Below are positions 46,328-56,640 of a stretch of DNA of 64,000 nt, one piece after another. The position numbers and the translations under genes are program-made. How positions within the stretch are numbered: position 1 is the stretch's first letter; the number at the start of each line of letters is the position of its first letter. This DNA comes from Vulcanimicrobiales bacterium (GTDB lineage: Bacteria > Vulcanimicrobiota > Vulcanimicrobiia > Vulcanimicrobiales > Vulcanimicrobiaceae). The stretch lies in NCBI GenBank assembly GCA_038231455.1, contig JBBRLI010000002.1, positions 196,337-260,336 of the forward strand, in the 5' to 3' direction. Below the pieces are notes generated by a model, which saw nothing but the letters and a program-made list of their open reading frames with translations, was not told where the DNA came from and made no database searches.

Positions 46328-47287
46328 ATGAGCACTATGATGACGACGACAACCACGCCGACGATGGCCACGCCGCGGACCGCGCTCTTCGAGGGTCTGA
46401 TCGACGATGCGGGGCTCTTCCCGCCCGCGCAACTCGCAATGGATGCTGCGCTCAAAGAAAATGCAAAGAACCGCGCTGCGACGTTCAAGTGGGTCATGGG
46501 CCGCTTCGTCGTTCCCGCCTCGCGCCTCGACGAACTCGCAAGCGCCAAAGGGAGCGCGACGACGCCGCTGCGTCTGACGGTGATTCTCGATGGTCCGGGC
46601 CTTGCTCCGCGGTGGATCGATGGCGTGCGTTCGGATGTCGAGCGCGCCTACAATGTTGGCAAAGCGAATGCTGATGCACTCCTCATCGAATCGTTCGAAG
46701 TGCGTCTCCCGCCGACCGCCGATGCCGCGCTCGTCGCCGATCTGTGCAGCACGGTTGCCGAACGCTTTCCGCAGCCGTCGATCGCAGTAGAAATTCCGTT
46801 CGCCAAAACGTGGGCGATCGCGCCGTCGATCGCCTTCCCGATGCTGCGCGATGCACGCAAAAACTCACCGCACTTGATTGCAAAACTGCGCTGCGGCGGC
46901 ACGGTCGCCGATGCGTTTCCGAATGCAACGCAGCTCGCAAATGCCATCGCCGAAGCACATAAGAACGGCGTACCGTTCAAGGCGACGGCCGGTCTGCATC
47001 ACCCGCTGCGTTCGCAAGACGGGGCGTTCGAGATGCACGGCTTTCTCAACGTCATCACCGCGGCGCTTTCGGTTGCGGTCGGTGCAAGCGAAGCGGAGCT
47101 CGCCGCGATTCTCGAAGAAGAAGATCGTAAAGGCTTCCGCCTCGACGACACCTACTTCATCTGGCGCCGCCGCCGCTTCGATACGGCCGCGATCGAAACG
47201 ATGCGCCGCACGGCGTTCCTTTCGTTCGGCAGCTGCAGCTTCAGCGAACCCATCAACGACCTGTTGCACGCCGGCTTCTTGGTATGA
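46328..47287 (+). CDS. Uncharacterised protein coupled to fahA
   Basis: LIDDAGLFPPA, KLRCGG, PFKATAGLHHPLR, HGFLNV, SFGSCSFSEP. Confidence 0.8.
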   Translation: MSTMMTTTTTPTMATPRTALFEGLIDDAGLFPPAQLAMDAALKENAKNRAATFKWVMGRFVVPASRLDELASAKGSATTPLRLTVILDGPGLAPRWIDGVRSDVERAYNVGKANADALLIESFEVRLPPTADAALVADLCSTVAERFPQPSIAVEIPFAKTWAIAPSIAFPMLRDARKNSPHLIAKLRCGGTVADAFPNATQLANAIAEAHKNGVPFKATAGLHHPLRSQDGAFEMHGFLNVITAALSVAVGASEAELAAILEEEDRKGFRLDDTYFIWRRRRFDTAAIETMRRTAFLSFGSCSFSEPINDLLHAGFLV

Positions 47288-48549
47288 CCTCGGCGTCGCA
47301 GCGGCGGCGCAGTTGGATCCCCATCGCCGACGACTCGGATTTTCCGCTGGAGAATTTGCCGGTCGGCGTCGCCTGCAATGGGAGTGACCCGCATGTCGTC
47401 GTAGCGATCGGCGAGCGGGTCGTCGATCTTGCGCATCTCGCGCGCAGCGGTTCGCTCGAGGGAATTGCAGCCGATGCGCAGGCGCTTTTTGCGGCGCCGA
47501 CGTGCAACGCGTTTCTTGCAAGCGGTCGCGCGACGTGGTCGGCGCTGCGCGCACGATTGACGCACCTGTTTTCAAACGATGCAACCGTCATCGAACGAGC
47601 GGCGGTCGAGCGCGCGTTCGTTCGCGATCCGCAGATGCTTTTGCCGATCGAGGTTGCGGACTACGTCGACTTCTATTCCTCGATCGAGCATGCGACGAAT
47701 CTCGGGCGCATCTTGCGTCCCGGGGGCGAACCGCTGCTGCCGAACTACCGTCACATCCCGATCGGCTATCACGGGCGGGCCAGCACCGTCGTTGCGAGCG
47801 GAACGCACGTGCGCCGGCCAAGCGGTCAGACGAAGTCTCCGGCGAGCGACACGCCGACGTTCGGGCCGTCGCGGCTGCTGGATTTCGAACTCGAAGTCGG
47901 CTTCATCACCGGCCCCGGCAACGTCCACGGCGATCCGATTCCGACGGCAAACGCGCGCGACCATATCTACGGTCTCGTGCTCCTCAACGATTGGAGCGCA
48001 CGCGACATTCAAGGCTGGGAATACCAGCCGCTCGGACCGTTTCTCTCAAAATCGTTCGCGACATCGATTTCGCCTTGGATCGTCTCGCTTGACGCGCTCG
48101 AACCGTTTCGCGTGTCGAACCGCGTGCAGGATCCAGCGCCGCTCCCGTATTTACAGGTCGCCGAGCGGTGGGCGTACGACATCGACCTCGAGGTCGAACT
48201 GCAAACGATGGCGATGCGCGAACGCGGCGAATCGCCAACGCGCATCACGCGCACGACGTTCTCACAAATGTATTGGAACATGGCGCAGCAGCTCGCGCAT
48301 ATGACGATCAACGGCTCGCGCGTGCGCACCGGAGATCTTTACGGCTCCGGGACCGTGAGCGGCACGCAGCCCGGCACGTACGGCAGCATGATCGAACTGA
48401 CCGAACGCGGCGCGCGTCCGCTCGTGCTTCCGGACGGCGAACAACGCGCATTTCTCAATGATGGGGATACCGTGGTGATGCGCGGCTCGGCATCACACGA
48501 CGGGTTACGCATTGGCTTCGGTGAGGTTCGCGGAACCATTCTGTCGTGA
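47284..48549 (+). CDS. fahA: Fumarylacetoacetase
   Basis: DFPLENLP, DYVDFYSSIEHATN, PIGYHGRAS, LDFELE, NDWSARDIQ.WEYQPLGPF. Confidence 0.95.
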   Translation: MTSASQRRRSWIPIADDSDFPLENLPVGVACNGSDPHVVVAIGERVVDLAHLARSGSLEGIAADAQALFAAPTCNAFLASGRATWSALRARLTHLFSNDATVIERAAVERAFVRDPQMLLPIEVADYVDFYSSIEHATNLGRILRPGGEPLLPNYRHIPIGYHGRASTVVASGTHVRRPSGQTKSPASDTPTFGPSRLLDFELEVGFITGPGNVHGDPIPTANARDHIYGLVLLNDWSARDIQGWEYQPLGPFLSKSFATSISPWIVSLDALEPFRVSNRVQDPAPLPYLQVAERWAYDIDLEVELQTMAMRERGESPTRITRTTFSQMYWNMAQQLAHMTINGSRVRTGDLYGSGTVSGTQPGTYGSMIELTERGARPLVLPDGEQRAFLNDGDTVVMRGSASHDGLRIGFGEVRGTILS

Positions 48550-49070
48550 ACGCCGAGCCGTACGCGTGGAACGTCACCGAGGCGGAGTGCGCGGCCCGCT
48601 ATCCCTGCGACGACCTTGCCGCGGATTTCGACCACGCGCTCTATCGTGCGATCGACATCGACGCGCCGCCCGCGCACGTCTACCGCTGGCTGAAGCAGCT
48701 ACGGCTTGCACCGTACAGTTATGACTGGCTGGACAATTTCTTGTTGCCGAGCCCGCGCACGCTGCGCCCGCGATCCGCAACGATTCGCGTTGGCGATCGC
48801 ATGATGCACGTGTTTCGTTTGCTCGCCTTCGATGAAGGCCGAACGATGACGCTGGGCGTGCAGTCGCGCCTCGCCGCAGAACTCTTCGGCACGCTCGTCG
48901 GGACCTATGTCGTGAGCCCGCGATCGAACGGCGCGCGGCTCTTCGTCAAAGTCCTCATTCGTTATCCGCGCTCGTTCTACGGCCGTGCGATGGTCGCACC
49001 AATGCCGCACATCGACCTCTTCATGATGAAGAAACAACTGCGTACGCTCAAAGCATACGCGGAGGCCTAG
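48546..49070 (+). CDS. SRPBCC/polyketide-cyclase-like hypothetical protein
   Basis: YPCD, RAIDIDAPP..VYRWLKQL...YSYDWLDN. Confidence 0.7.
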   Translation: MNAEPYAWNVTEAECAARYPCDDLAADFDHALYRAIDIDAPPAHVYRWLKQLRLAPYSYDWLDNFLLPSPRTLRPRSATIRVGDRMMHVFRLLAFDEGRTMTLGVQSRLAAELFGTLVGTYVVSPRSNGARLFVKVLIRYPRSFYGRAMVAPMPHIDLFMMKKQLRTLKAYAEA

Positions 49071-49732
49071 TCTTCGAGGAGCTGTACTTTGGTTGAGTCG
49101 ATGCCGACGAGCACGTCGGAGTGGAACTCGACCATGTCGCCAGATTTTTTCGCTTTGCTCCGCACGTTGAGTTTGTAGAACGGCGTTCCGAGCTTCATCG
49201 CGTAGCCTTCGAATTTGTACTCGATGAGCGGGAGACGTTCGCCTTCGAACGGTGCGAGGCGTTCGCGTTTTACGAGGAGTCGCGCGATGAGGAGTTGCTC
49301 TTCGTTGGTGATGATCGTATCGCGCTGCGTTGCCGAGAGGACGGCGCCGATCGTGACTTCGCCCGCGCCGCCCGCGATCGAGAAGTTCATCATGCGTTCC
49401 CAGTCGCGATCGGAGATATGCTGCAGTTTGAGGCCGTAGAGGTAATGCTCTTTGCCTTTCACGGGAACCGTGTCGCGCCAGCGGATCACGCCTGCAAGTT
49501 GGAGGGGTTTCTCTTCGATCAAGGTCACGATCGGGATCGAATCGATATCGGGTTGCAACTGCTCGCGCGTGAGCATGCACAGTCCGCCGCCGCCGATGTT
49601 GAGCACGAACGCCGGAAACTTGGCGTTCTCAACATTGAAATAGGCCGCATGCAGAAGCTTGCGGAGGCGGGGGAAGCTGCGACGGTTGCGTTCGACCTGA
49701 CCAGTCGAGGGGCTAACGCTTGCAGAAGCCAT
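49067..49732 (-). CDS. PilZ domain protein
   Basis: RRSFPR (RxxxR) and NIGGGG (D/NxxxxG) motifs. Confidence 0.75.
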   Translation of the reverse strand: MASASVSPSTGQVERNRRSFPRLRKLLHAAYFNVENAKFPAFVLNIGGGGLCMLTREQLQPDIDSIPIVTLIEEKPLQLAGVIRWRDTVPVKGKEHYLYGLKLQHISDRDWERMMNFSIAGGAGEVTIGAVLSATQRDTIITNEEQLLIARLLVKRERLAPFEGERLPLIEYKFEGYAMKLGTPFYKLNVRSKAKKSGDMVEFHSDVLVGIDSTKVQLLED

Positions 49733-49849
49733 GATCGAGCAACCATACGCCAGCGGCAGGTGCAGTCCCCTGGCTGGTTGCTTTTTGGGGTAGACCTGGC
49801 GACGCTCCGTCGAGGGAATCCGCCCCCCGGCGACGGAGCACTGCCTTGC

Positions 49850-51391
49850 TTAAACCGGGTCGAAGGCCCCGGTGTGGATCATGGTTTCGCTTTGGCGACG
49901 AGCCTCGCGGAATTTTTCCGCCTCGGCGGGATCGGCATTTTCGGGCATCGCGAGCAGTCTCGCCAGCTCCTCATCGAAGAGCACGCTGACCTCGGCCTCG
50001 GTGTGCATGCCGTGCTTGATACGCTGGGCGATCATGAGGCGGTAGATGCGGTCCGTCGCAAGATCTTCCATGAAGCCGTCAAGTAGGCTCGCTCCGAGGC
50101 CGCTCAGATAGCCGTGGCGATAGCGGATGACGGTTTTCACCGCGGCCCGCGTTCCGTCGAGTGTTTTCGCTCCGACGCCGGCGATCGATGGCCGCAGGTC
50201 GGGAAAGCGCTCCTGCCCGGGTTTGCGACGCGAGACTTGATTGGGGACCGGGAACTGCGCGACGGCGATCGCGTTTTGATCGGGATGCCCCGTCCAAGCG
50301 CCATCCATCAGCGCGTCGGATTCGTTTTTCTTATCGCGTTCGAGGTTGGCCATTGCGCGGGCGTTGAGTTCGGCATCGATGCGGCTCGGGAAGAGCGCGG
50401 TCATGCCGCCGATTGCGAAGAAACCGTGCTTGTGCGTGATCTCCGGAATGAGTTCGCGTAAATTTTGAAAGAAGGGAACGTCGCTTGGAATCGTGTTGCG
50501 GTCCGGCAACACCCACGTCGGGTCGTTGAGATTGAAGTGGATGAGGCTTGCCATATAATCCCAGCGGCCGAGATTGAGCCCGATGAGATGGTCGCGCAGA
50601 TTATATGCGAATTCTTCGAGTTGATAAGCAAGCGAATGGGCCTCCACGAGCGCCATCGCCTTGATGTAATCGGGTGCTTGACCTTTGGCTTTTGCAACCG
50701 CTTGGAAGACGTCGCGCCACCACAGCGCTTCATCAGCGCTCTCGGATTTTGGAATGTAGATCGCAAGCGGATGCTTGAGCTTTGAAAAATCCAAACGATA
50801 CGCGAGCAGCGCGAGATCGAAGAGCCCCGCCGACGTCGGCTCGTCGTAAATCCCGGCTTGCGAGAGGTGCATGCCGCGCACGCGCGTCCAGATGACCGTG
50901 TCGCTCGGTTTGATCGCAACCGTGCCGCCGCGCTTCGTATCTTCGTAGGTAAGTTCGCCGTAAAGCGCTGCGACGACGTTCTCGATACCCGCGAGCGTGT
51001 GCGCGAAATCGTTCGCCATCGAATCTTCGAGGTCGAGCATCACGCCGGGTGCACCCGAGTTGAGCATTTTTACGACGAGTTCGCCGTCGTCGGCCGGCCC
51101 GGTCATTTGATTGCGCTGGTCCTGGCACCACGCCGGGAGCGCGACGTTCCAATCGCCGCTCCACGGACCGACGCTGCGATTGTGGTCCGGAGGCGATCCG
51201 GCCTGCGAGGCCGCCATCACGCGTGCGCGAGTGGCGATCGTCGCCTGCTGCCGCGCGGTAAACGCATCGTGCAGTGGGCGGTAAAATGCAGCGAAGCCGA
51301 TTGGGAGGTCGCGTTCGATGGAGAATCCCGCGGGAGCCAAGCTCATCGGCGGAATGTGTTTGTGCGTGGTTTGCATCGCGCTCACTTCCAC
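49850..51391 (-). CDS. aceB: Malate synthase (MSA-like)
   Basis: MTGP, MLNSGA..MLDLEDS, YIPK, GLNLGRWDY, IGGM, DGAWTGHP, MEDLAT; start GTG 51391 or ATG 51376. Confidence 0.9.
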   Translation of the reverse strand: MEVSAMQTTHKHIPPMSLAPAGFSIERDLPIGFAAFYRPLHDAFTARQQATIATRARVMAASQAGSPPDHNRSVGPWSGDWNVALPAWCQDQRNQMTGPADDGELVVKMLNSGAPGVMLDLEDSMANDFAHTLAGIENVVAALYGELTYEDTKRGGTVAIKPSDTVIWTRVRGMHLSQAGIYDEPTSAGLFDLALLAYRLDFSKLKHPLAIYIPKSESADEALWWRDVFQAVAKAKGQAPDYIKAMALVEAHSLAYQLEEFAYNLRDHLIGLNLGRWDYMASLIHFNLNDPTWVLPDRNTIPSDVPFFQNLRELIPEITHKHGFFAIGGMTALFPSRIDAELNARAMANLERDKKNESDALMDGAWTGHPDQNAIAVAQFPVPNQVSRRKPGQERFPDLRPSIAGVGAKTLDGTRAAVKTVIRYRHGYLSGLGASLLDGFMEDLATDRIYRLMIAQRIKHGMHTEAEVSVLFDEELARLLAMPENADPAEAEKFREARRQSETMIHTGAFDPV

Positions 51392-51442
51392 GCCTCACAG
51401 GCGCGACATTTTTCAAGGCGCGCAACCCCGCCAAAGCGTGAA

Positions 51443-52390
51443 TTAGCGCATGATTAATTCGGCTGCGGGAATGTTCGCCCCGTGCGCACGCGCATGCTCG
51501 CCGACGGAGTCGACCCCGAAGCGCTTGGAAAGTGCGGAAAGCGCCCAGTCGAGAATTCCGATTTTCTTCGCCGCCGGCATCGCCATCGCTGGAAAGAATG
51601 CAAGACTCGGGACATCCGTGAGATCGAGGACGTCGAGCGGATGGAGTAAGAGCGAGGGCTCGACCCGCGCGAGTCGACACGCATCGAGCGCCGATTCGAA
51701 GTACCGCATGCCGAGCCACGGCGAGAATTCGCAGATGTACAGCACGTAGCTCAGGTTGATCGGGATGCGAAGACCGGGAAAGGTCGTAACCGGAATTTCG
51801 ATCAGGTCGGTGCCCGGAATGGTGTGCGGTCGGATGGTCTGCATCGCGTCGGCCCACGTGCCGAAGAGTCCCTCGCGGAGCTTTCGCTCTTCGGGCGTCA
51901 TCTTCGTGCGCATAAAATAGTACGTGCGTGCGAGCGGTCCGATAAATGTCGGAAGCGCCGAACAGTCGTACGCAAATCCCAGTTCGGCGAGAACATCGAG
52001 AATCGCGGGTGAAGTTGCGTAGCCCGGCCCGCGAAAGCCGACCGGTCGGCGTCCGGTCGCCGCTTCGATCGCCGTCTGCGCGCGCACGAGTTCGGTTCGC
52101 ACGTCATCGCGCGAATGCGTCGTTATCCATGGCTCGTGATGGAATGAATGATTCCCGATTTCGTGTCGGCTCGCTGCGAGCATCGCCAGCGCCGCCGCGT
52201 TTTCCGCTCGTTCGGCATCCTGCCCCACGATGAACGCCGTGATACGAAGCCCGTGGTGATCGAGCAGCGTGAGGAAACGCGTGACCACTTTCTCGAGATA
52301 CGTCGGGAAGGATTCCCATCCGGCATCCCCGCGCGTTTTGCGATACGACCATTCGTTGTCGAGATCCAGCGACAAACTCGCACGCAACAT
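51443..52390 (-). CDS. Polysaccharide deacetylase family protein
   Basis: SLDLDN, HEIGNHSFHHEP, GFRGPG. Confidence 0.88.
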   Translation of the reverse strand: MLRASLSLDLDNEWSYRKTRGDAGWESFPTYLEKVVTRFLTLLDHHGLRITAFIVGQDAERAENAAALAMLAASRHEIGNHSFHHEPWITTHSRDDVRTELVRAQTAIEAATGRRPVGFRGPGYATSPAILDVLAELGFAYDCSALPTFIGPLARTYYFMRTKMTPEERKLREGLFGTWADAMQTIRPHTIPGTDLIEIPVTTFPGLRIPINLSYVLYICEFSPWLGMRYFESALDACRLARVEPSLLLHPLDVLDLTDVPSLAFFPAMAMPAAKKIGILDWALSALSKRFGVDSVGEHARAHGANIPAAELIMR

Positions 52391-53739
52391 CAGGCACCGG
52401 CCTTTGCGAACATCTCGTCCGCAGCACGGTTCGCAAGACCGATCGTTTGATTCGCGGCGAGCGTTCCATTCACGATCTGTGATGCGTTGACGAGCCAAAT
52501 GTTCGGGACCGACGTGGCAAAAGGCAAGACGTTCTCCGAATAGTTGAGCGTGGTGACCGGGAAGACGTTGCGGGTACGTGAGACGCGAAACGCGTGCACG
52601 TGCTCCGGCCGTAACTGGGGATGCATCCGCACGAGCGCGGGGAGAAAGCGGGCGCGGATCGCCTCATCCGAATGTTCGAAGAACGGATCGTCGGGCGTCA
52701 CGTATTTTGGAAGATAAACGAGGTTCCGACCGCCGAACGTCTCGTCGTCCACGATCGCGTTCATCGAAATAACGGCGGTAAAGGGCACCCACGAGTCCGT
52801 AATATTCGTGACGTAATGCGGCGAGAGCGGAATATCGAGCAACATCGATGCGCAAACGATTCCACCGTAGGCAATACCCTCGAGACGCTCCCGTTCGCTT
52901 GCGTTCAATTCGGGCACGAGCGTCTTCGCGAGCGGGGCGGGCGCGGTGATAACCGCTTCATCGAATGGCTCCGTCGTGCCGTCGAGAAGGTGAACGTTCA
53001 CGCCTGATTCGCCGCGCACGATGGCTCCCACCCGAGTCGCCGTGCGAATATTCACGCCTTCCGAGCGCAGACGTTCTTCAAAACGGCCGATGATGCGCGC
53101 GTAACCGCCGCGGACGTACCCAAAGCGTTCGGCTTTAGATTTGACATCGCGCGCGCCATAGAGACGTCGAATGATCGCCCAAATAAATGCCGCTGAGACG
53201 TCGGCTTCGCGCGCGCCGACTTTGGCGCGCAAGAGCGGTTGCCAAATCGTCGTGTAGACGCGTTCGCCGCACAGTTTGGTAAGCCACGCGCGTGCCGTGA
53301 TCCGCTCGAGGCGCTTTCCGTCGGTCAACCGAGATGCGTAGAGAATTGCAAGACCCAGCCGGAGTTTTTCGTGCAACCGAAGCGGCTTGAAACGCAAGAA
53401 ATCGCGTACCCCCGAGAACTCGTGCAGTTTACCGTCGGTGAAGAACGCGGTACGCGTCGTCGTCCAGCGCACGTCGCAGTCGAGATCGAGGTCTTCGAGC
53501 AGGCCGCGAAGCGCGGTATCGCTCTCGAGCATCACGTGATAGTAACGATCCCAGGTTACCTCGCCGATTTCCCACGGGGCCGCAAGACCGCCAAGTTCGG
53601 GCGCTGCCTCGATGAGGGTCACCGCTCGCCCTGCGCGTGCTAGCCGTAGGGCAAGCGTCATTCCGAGGAGCCCGCCGCCAACGATCGCGATAGTTGTTTT
53701 CGGCCGCATGCGGTCGGCGGTATCCTCGAGTTCGAGCAT
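52390..53739 (-). CDS. FAD-dependent oxidoreductase (protoporphyrinogen/amine oxidase fold)
   Basis: IVGGGLLG...LIEA..LGGL, WDRYYH, GYVRGGY. Confidence 0.88.
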   Translation of the reverse strand: MLELEDTADRMRPKTTIAIVGGGLLGMTLALRLARAGRAVTLIEAAPELGGLAAPWEIGEVTWDRYYHVMLESDTALRGLLEDLDLDCDVRWTTTRTAFFTDGKLHEFSGVRDFLRFKPLRLHEKLRLGLAILYASRLTDGKRLERITARAWLTKLCGERVYTTIWQPLLRAKVGAREADVSAAFIWAIIRRLYGARDVKSKAERFGYVRGGYARIIGRFEERLRSEGVNIRTATRVGAIVRGESGVNVHLLDGTTEPFDEAVITAPAPLAKTLVPELNASERERLEGIAYGGIVCASMLLDIPLSPHYVTNITDSWVPFTAVISMNAIVDDETFGGRNLVYLPKYVTPDDPFFEHSDEAIRARFLPALVRMHPQLRPEHVHAFRVSRTRNVFPVTTLNYSENVLPFATSVPNIWLVNASQIVNGTLAANQTIGLANRAADEMFAKAGA

Positions 53740-54365
53740 CAGCTGCGTTCGGTCACGTGATTGAGCGCGACGGAGTAGCCGCGTTCGCAGCGCGCACAAA
53801 GCAGTTCGCCGCTGTACGGTTCGCCCGACTGCGCCTTGCGCATTAGTTGACCGCAGCGGCAAACGAAACCATAGAGCGTCGCGGGTGCGCCAATGACGAG
53901 ATGAAAATCATCGACGTCGCGTGTGAGGACGGCCGCCATACCGATCATTGCGAACCGGCCGATCGTGAGGCCCGGGCCGATAGTACAGTTCGCGCCGATC
54001 GTCGCGCCTTCGCGCACGCGCGTCTGTTCGGTCGATTCGTCCGGGGCCGACGGTAAGAGTTCGCTCAAGTCGGGCGTACACGCGCGCGGAAACCGGTCAT
54101 TGGTGAACGTCGTTGCCGCACTGATCATGACGCCCGTCTCGATCGTTACTCCAGCGCAGATGTAGACCATGGCGTTGATCTTGCAGCGGTCACCGATGTG
54201 CACGTCGTAGGCAATGTAGCTCTTTTCGCCGACGATACAGTCGCTTCCGAGTCGGGCTCCATGCCGAATGTGGACCGCATCCCAAATCGACGAACGCGCG
54301 CCGATGAAGACGTCATCTTCCACGATGGCGGTCGGATGGACGCGCACGTGATCGAGGACGGTCAT
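53739..54365 (-). CDS. Hexapeptide-repeat N-acetyltransferase (WbpD/WlbB-like)
   Basis: VHPTAIVE, FTNDRFPRA, GATIGAN, C-terminal VCRCG...CARC. Confidence 0.88.
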   Translation of the reverse strand: MTVLDHVRVHPTAIVEDDVFIGARSSIWDAVHIRHGARLGSDCIVGEKSYIAYDVHIGDRCKINAMVYICAGVTIETGVMISAATTFTNDRFPRACTPDLSELLPSAPDESTEQTRVREGATIGANCTIGPGLTIGRFAMIGMAAVLTRDVDDFHLVIGAPATLYGFVCRCGQLMRKAQSGEPYSGELLCARCERGYSVALNHVTERS

Positions 54366-55387
54366 GCGATCGCCGCGTGCGATTCGACGGACTCGAACGC
54401 GCGGGTTCCGATCCCGGTCCACACGTTGTGATTCATCGAGGTGTAAGCCGCATCGATCGCCTCGACGGAGGCCAGCGCGTCGACCATGGAGACAGCGGGT
54501 TCGCCTTCGCCGCGAATCGCGCGCGCGAAATTCGAGATTTGTGCTCCGAATGCCGCGACTTTCTTGTATCCGGTCCCATACGGCGTAAAGCTCTTCGCGT
54601 TGTCGAGTCGATGACGGGAATTCTGCCAGGCCGCACTGATCTCGCCGTGCGTGCCCACAATGTGGACGTAAGCGTCTGTTCCGGCGGGCTGCGACCACGA
54701 CAGTTCGATGACGCCGAGCGTGTCGCTGGTGTTGCGGACGAACAGCGCGACGGAATCCTCGCATTTCGCGTAGCGTTCACCGGCGGATGTGTCGACGGCG
54801 TGGACGCGAGCGAGTGGGCCCATCAGGTAGCGCATGATGTCGACGGAGTGCGTCCCGTTGTCGATGAGGACTCCGCCGCCGGAGATCGCTGGGTCGGCAT
54901 TCCAGCGCGAGCGCATGTCGGCTGGTGCCATGAACGTGTTTTCGATCCGGAGCGGCGCGCCGATTGCACCACTTGCGATGAGCCGACGCGCCTCGATGAG
55001 ATCGTCGACGAATCGAAATTTTGAGGCCATCGTGAGAAGAAGCCCGGCGTCTTGCGCGGCGCCGATCATCCGTTTTGCCGTGAAGGCACCCAGCGTAAGC
55101 GGTTTTTCACAGAGCACGTGAACGCCGGCGGAGAGTGCGTCGACCGCGATCTGCGCGTGGACATTAGGCGGGGCACAGATGATGAGAGCATCGAGTGCAT
55201 CCTCGGCTAACATCAATCGATAGTCGCCATGCGCTCGCGCGCTCGTTCCCTCGGTTAGCGCCTGCGCGCGGTCGCGGACGATATCGGCAATGCCGACGAG
55301 CTTGACGTCCGGGGCCTGTGCGAAGGCATCGAGGTAGCTACGCGCGATTGCGCCCGCACCAACGAGCCCGAAACGGAGCGCCTTCAT
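54362..55387 (-). CDS. Gfo/Idh/MocA oxidoreductase
   Basis: GLVGAGAI, HVLCEKP, GGGVLIDNGTH. Confidence 0.92.
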   Translation of the reverse strand: MKALRFGLVGAGAIARSYLDAFAQAPDVKLVGIADIVRDRAQALTEGTSARAHGDYRLMLAEDALDALIICAPPNVHAQIAVDALSAGVHVLCEKPLTLGAFTAKRMIGAAQDAGLLLTMASKFRFVDDLIEARRLIASGAIGAPLRIENTFMAPADMRSRWNADPAISGGGVLIDNGTHSVDIMRYLMGPLARVHAVDTSAGERYAKCEDSVALFVRNTSDTLGVIELSWSQPAGTDAYVHIVGTHGEISAAWQNSRHRLDNAKSFTPYGTGYKKVAAFGAQISNFARAIRGEGEPAVSMVDALASVEAIDAAYTSMNHNVWTGIGTRAFESVESHAAIA

Positions 55388-56640
55388 ACGAGGACTCCAC
55401 GCACGCTCTCAACGGCGCTTTCGAGCGCTTGCGCGACGTATTCCAGATGTTCGCTTGTGTATTTGTCGTTCCACGCAAGAACGAGTACCGCATCGAGACC
55501 GGCGTACGTTCCGGCGAAGTGCGCGCGGTCGTAGTCGAGTGCTTCAGAGGTCGCAAGCGAAAATGGCCAATGGCTCGTGCCGAAGGTGTTTTGTTCGCGA
55601 AAAACACGGCAGTCGAACGCCGGTTTGACGATGTAGCGCGGTGCCGAGGCGACGCCGCGTTCGAGCAGTCCCTTACCGATCGCGGGCGATCCGCCGGGGA
55701 CGGTGCTGCTATCGACGCGCACGGCGTACTTCCACCACGCGCAGCGTGCCCCCGGAGTCACCTTCGGCGCAGAGATCCCCGCGAGTGTCGCGATGCGTGC
55801 GGTAAATTTTGTTGCCAGCGCATCGCGCTTGGCGACAACGTCATCGAGCTTCTCGAGCTGCGCGAGAGCAACGGCACCTTGGAGTTCGCTCATACGGTAG
55901 TTGAGCGCGATGAATTCGTGGTCGGGATTGGCCTCGCCATACGGCCACGCCTTGTTGATGAAGAGCGCGATGCGCCGTGCCAGTCCCGGGTCGTTCGTTA
56001 CGACGATGCCGCCCTCGCCAGTCGTGATGTGTTTGCCCTGTTGCAAGCTAAAGCACCCGATCGCGCCGATCGTCCCCGCGTACCGCCCACCGTCTTGTGC
56101 GAGCAGTGCTTGGGCTGCATCCTCGATCACCGGGATCCCGCGTCGATTCGCAAGCTCCATGATCGGCCCCATCTCGGCGGGATTACCGAAGAGATGCGTG
56201 ACGATAATGGCTTTGGTTTTCGGCGAGAGCGCGCGTTCGATCGTTTCCGCCGTCACGTTGCACGTGATGGGATCCACGTCGGCGAACCGGGGGATCGCTC
56301 CTTGAAAAAGGATCGGTGTCAGTGCGCCCATATCGGTAATCGATGTGGTCACAATTTCGTCGCCCGGCTCCGGATCGATTGCAGCGATCGCGCAGTGGAT
56401 TGCGGCGCTGCCCGAACTGCACGCGTATGCATGCGCGATGCCAAGACGCTGGGCGAAAGCGTGCTCGAATGATTTTACAAACGTCCCCTTCGTGCTCGTG
56501 AGGACGCCGCTTTCGATCGCGCGGCGCAGATTATCGAGTTCCTCGAGACCGAGGGTGCGGCCCGATGCATCTTGATCGGAGGGAAGGCGGAGCTGGGACA
56601 CGGGCTGATTACCTCGTCGACGGGAGAGTGATAGAGTCAC
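55384..56640 (-). CDS. DegT/DnrJ/EryC1/StrS aminotransferase
   Basis: SSGSAAIH, VIEDAAQA, FSLQQGKHITTGEGG, NYRMSELQ; start may be GTG 56601. Confidence 0.93.
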   Translation of the reverse strand: MTLSLSRRRGNQPVSQLRLPSDQDASGRTLGLEELDNLRRAIESGVLTSTKGTFVKSFEHAFAQRLGIAHAYACSSGSAAIHCAIAAIDPEPGDEIVTTSITDMGALTPILFQGAIPRFADVDPITCNVTAETIERALSPKTKAIIVTHLFGNPAEMGPIMELANRRGIPVIEDAAQALLAQDGGRYAGTIGAIGCFSLQQGKHITTGEGGIVVTNDPGLARRIALFINKAWPYGEANPDHEFIALNYRMSELQGAVALAQLEKLDDVVAKRDALATKFTARIATLAGISAPKVTPGARCAWWKYAVRVDSSTVPGGSPAIGKGLLERGVASAPRYIVKPAFDCRVFREQNTFGTSHWPFSLATSEALDYDRAHFAGTYAGLDAVLVLAWNDKYTSEHLEYVAQALESAVESVRGVLV

